NCBI GenBank assembly: GCA_016716005.1
Contig: JADJXE010000001.1
Coordinates: 655,011-719,010, forward strand
From: Acidimicrobiales bacterium
Lineage (GTDB): Bacteria; Actinomycetota; Acidimicrobiia; Acidimicrobiales; JADJXE01
Direction: 5' to 3'
Length of the DNA stretch: 64,000 bases
Shown here: positions 62,507 through 64,000 of the stretch, one piece after another
Position numbering within the stretch: the first letter of the stretch is position 1
How the letters are laid out: each line of letters starts with the position of its first letter
Made by a program: the position numbers and the translations under genes
Notes under the pieces: generated by a model
Told to the model about the DNA's origin: nothing
What the model saw: only the letters and a program-made list of their open reading frames with translations
Database searches by the model: none

Positions 62507-63764
62507 GGGCCGATCGGCCGCGCTTGGACAGCGAGTCGACGAGCACGGCCAGGAGCAGCACCAGGCCCGTCACCACGAACTTGGTGCCGGCCGCCAGGCC
62601 CAGCAGGTCCATGCCGTTCTGGATGGCGGCGATGAGCAGCGCCCCGAGGAAGGCGGCCGACACCCTGCCGGTGCCGCCGAAGAGGCTGACGCCCCCGATC
62701 ACGGCGGCTGCGATCACGAGCAGCAGGAGGTTGCCGCCGCCGCTGTTGGTGGCCACCGAGCGCAGCCGCGAGGCGAGGATGATGCCGCCCACCCCGGCCA
62801 TGAAGCCGTTGATCATGAACACCGTGATCCGGAGGCGGTCGACGGCGATGCCGGCCCGGCGGGCGGCCTCGGGGTTGCCGCCCACGGCGTACACGTGCCG
62901 CCCGAAGCGGGTCCGGGACGCGATGAACGACCAGAACACGACGAAGAGGAGCAGGATCAGGGTGACCATCGGGACGCCACGGTCCTTGTTGGCGTACCAG
63001 ACGGCGAAGAAGGTCACGGCGGCGAGGCCGATCACCTGCAGCAGCAGCAGCAGCGCCGGCTTGGCCGCCAGGCCCGAGGCGCGCCTCGACGCGGCGCGCT
63101 GCAGCTGGACCAGCGTGTAGGCGAGCACGATCCCGGCGCCGAGCACCCAGCCCCAGAAGTCGGTGAGGAAGTTGTTGGCGATGCCCACGATCACACGGTC
63201 CTCGATGCGGATCGTGCCGGCCGTGGAGAACTGGGTGGTCAGGATCAGCACGACGCCCGACCAGATGAGGAAGCCGGCCAGGGTCACCACGAACGACGGC
63301 ACCCCGGCCTTGGTGACCACGAGGGACTGCACGAAGCCGATGGCCGTCGTGACGAGCACCGCGGCGAGGATGGCGGCCCACCACGGCCACCCGGGGTCTC
63401 CCTCGCGGAGCAGCAGGACCATCACGATCCCACCCACGGCGCTCACGTAGGCGACCGAGAGGTCGATCTCGGCGATGAGCAGCACGAACACGATGCCGAT
63501 CGCCAACGTGGCCACCGGCGCCATCTGCAGCAGCAGGTTGGTGAAGTTGCGCTCGGTGAGGAACGTGTCGTTCAGGAGGCCGAAGACCACCACGATGACG
63601 GCCAGGCCCACGATGATCGGCAGCGATCCGAGCTCGCCGGCCCTCACTCGTTGCCACCAGTCCCGCACGTACTGCGCCAGGGTCTGGGTGGGCGCCTCCA
63701 GGTCCGGCGCGGCCGACGGCAGCTCGTCGAGCGGCTGGCCGGGCTGGGGCTCCTCGGTGCTCAC
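62493..63764 (-). CDS. CUT2-family sugar ABC permease (XylH/RbsC-like)
   Basis: ORF 62493..63764. The start forms a GTGA overlap with the ATPase stop. GRHVYAVGGNPEAARRAGI.... Confidence 0.85.
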   Translation of the reverse strand: MSTEEPQPGQPLDELPSAAPDLEAPTQTLAQYVRDWWQRVRAGELGSLPIIVGLAVIVVVFGLLNDTFLTERNFTNLLLQMAPVATLAIGIVFVLLIAEIDLSVAYVSAVGGIVMVLLLREGDPGWPWWAAILAAVLVTTAIGFVQSLVVTKAGVPSFVVTLAGFLIWSGVVLILTTQFSTAGTIRIEDRVIVGIANNFLTDFWGWVLGAGIVLAYTLVQLQRAASRRASGLAAKPALLLLLQVIGLAAVTFFAVWYANKDRGVPMVTLILLLFVVFWSFIASRTRFGRHVYAVGGNPEAARRAGIAVDRLRITVFMINGFMAGVGGIILASRLRSVATNSGGGNLLLLVIAAAVIGGVSLFGGTGRVSAAFLGALLIAAIQNGMDLLGLAAGTKFVVTGLVLLLAVLVDSLSKRGRSARGVA

Positions 63765-64000
63765 GCCACCACCTCCGACATGCCGGGCACGTGGGTGAGC
63801 GTGCCCGCCGTGATCGCGTGCACGACGTCCTGTTGGGTGGTGCTGGCCCGCTCGAACAGGGCGACCGCCTGCCCGAGGCGCAGCACCGTGATCCGGTCGG
63901 CCACCTCGAAGATGTCGTGCAGGTTGTGCGAGATGATCACGACCCCGAGACCCCGGTCGGCGAGCCGCCTGACGAGGTCGAGCACCTGGCGGGTCTGGGC
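63761..64000 (-). CDS. CUT2-family sugar ABC ATPase, C-terminal fragment (5' part lies beyond the right edge)
   Basis: The frame of ORF 63761..63985 stays open to the edge. ...RLADRGLGVVIISHNLHDIFEVADRITVLRLGQ... Confidence 0.8.
   Translation of the reverse strand, partial: AQTRQVLDLVRRLADRGLGVVIISHNLHDIFEVADRITVLRLGQAVALFERASTTQQDVVHAITAGTLTHVPGMSEVVA

Noticed and set aside
1-64000. tRNA, rRNA, tmRNA, riboswitch, transposase, integrase and prophage signals
   Set aside because: I could find no GGTTCGA(A/T)TCC-type T-loop, no low-G+C structured RNA island and no recombinase-like ORF. The intergenic regions upstream of candidate riboswitch-controlled genes (P-type ATPase 53 bp, cell-wall hydrolase 2 bp) are too short. 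A covariance-model scan (Infernal/Rfam, tRNAscan-SE) would be needed for certainty.
1-64000. LexA/SOS boxes (TCGAAC-N4-GTTCGA) near the repair genes
   Set aside because: Several TCGAAC hexamers exist, but none has the paired GTTCGA half-site at the correct spacing. The GAACG/CGTTC halves of the REP-like elements are in the wrong orientation and spacing.

Overview
Very high-G+C (roughly 70%+ by eye), densely coding actinobacterial-type chromosomal segment, possibly Acidimicrobiia-like (not verifiable here). I support about 55 protein-coding genes. I recognised no rRNA, tRNA, CRISPR array, transposase, integrase or phage genes. Real frames were separated from the many antisense and out-of-frame 'shadow' ORFs by protein-like composition, G/C at third codon positions, recognisable family motifs and start/stop coupling. 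Housekeeping content: cydABDC (cytochrome bd oxidase plus its ABC exporter), a potADBC-like polyamine importer, a P-type cation ATPase, an SNF2 helicase + SWIM zinc-finger pair, two crotonases, peptidases, an amidase, an AlkA-like glycosylase, a lipoprotein sialidase and a CUT2 sugar ABC fragment. Most unusual items: (1) two paralogous Liv-type (HAAT) ABC loci with fused LivH-LivM permeases, one of which carries a single 1012-aa MFS-LivF-LivG triple fusion; (2) a family of intergenic palindromic elements sharing CCGTTCTGTG...CACAGAACGG termini (4 clear copies plus 1 degenerate); (3) a GIDE-LemA fusion protein; (4) an RDD protein translationally coupled to a protein made of about 10 tandem (V/L)D(L/I)NxI(V/I)xR units, followed by a 45-nt pure G/C tract; (5) local gene decay: a frameshifted coiled-coil paralogue, a triple-frameshift pseudogene, a tag remnant and an HNH-family gene lacking its nuclease end; (6) several in-frame and intergenic tandem repeats. 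Thirteen gene junctions are 4-nt ATGA/GTGA start/stop overlaps. All family calls come from motif recognition by eye, not from searches.
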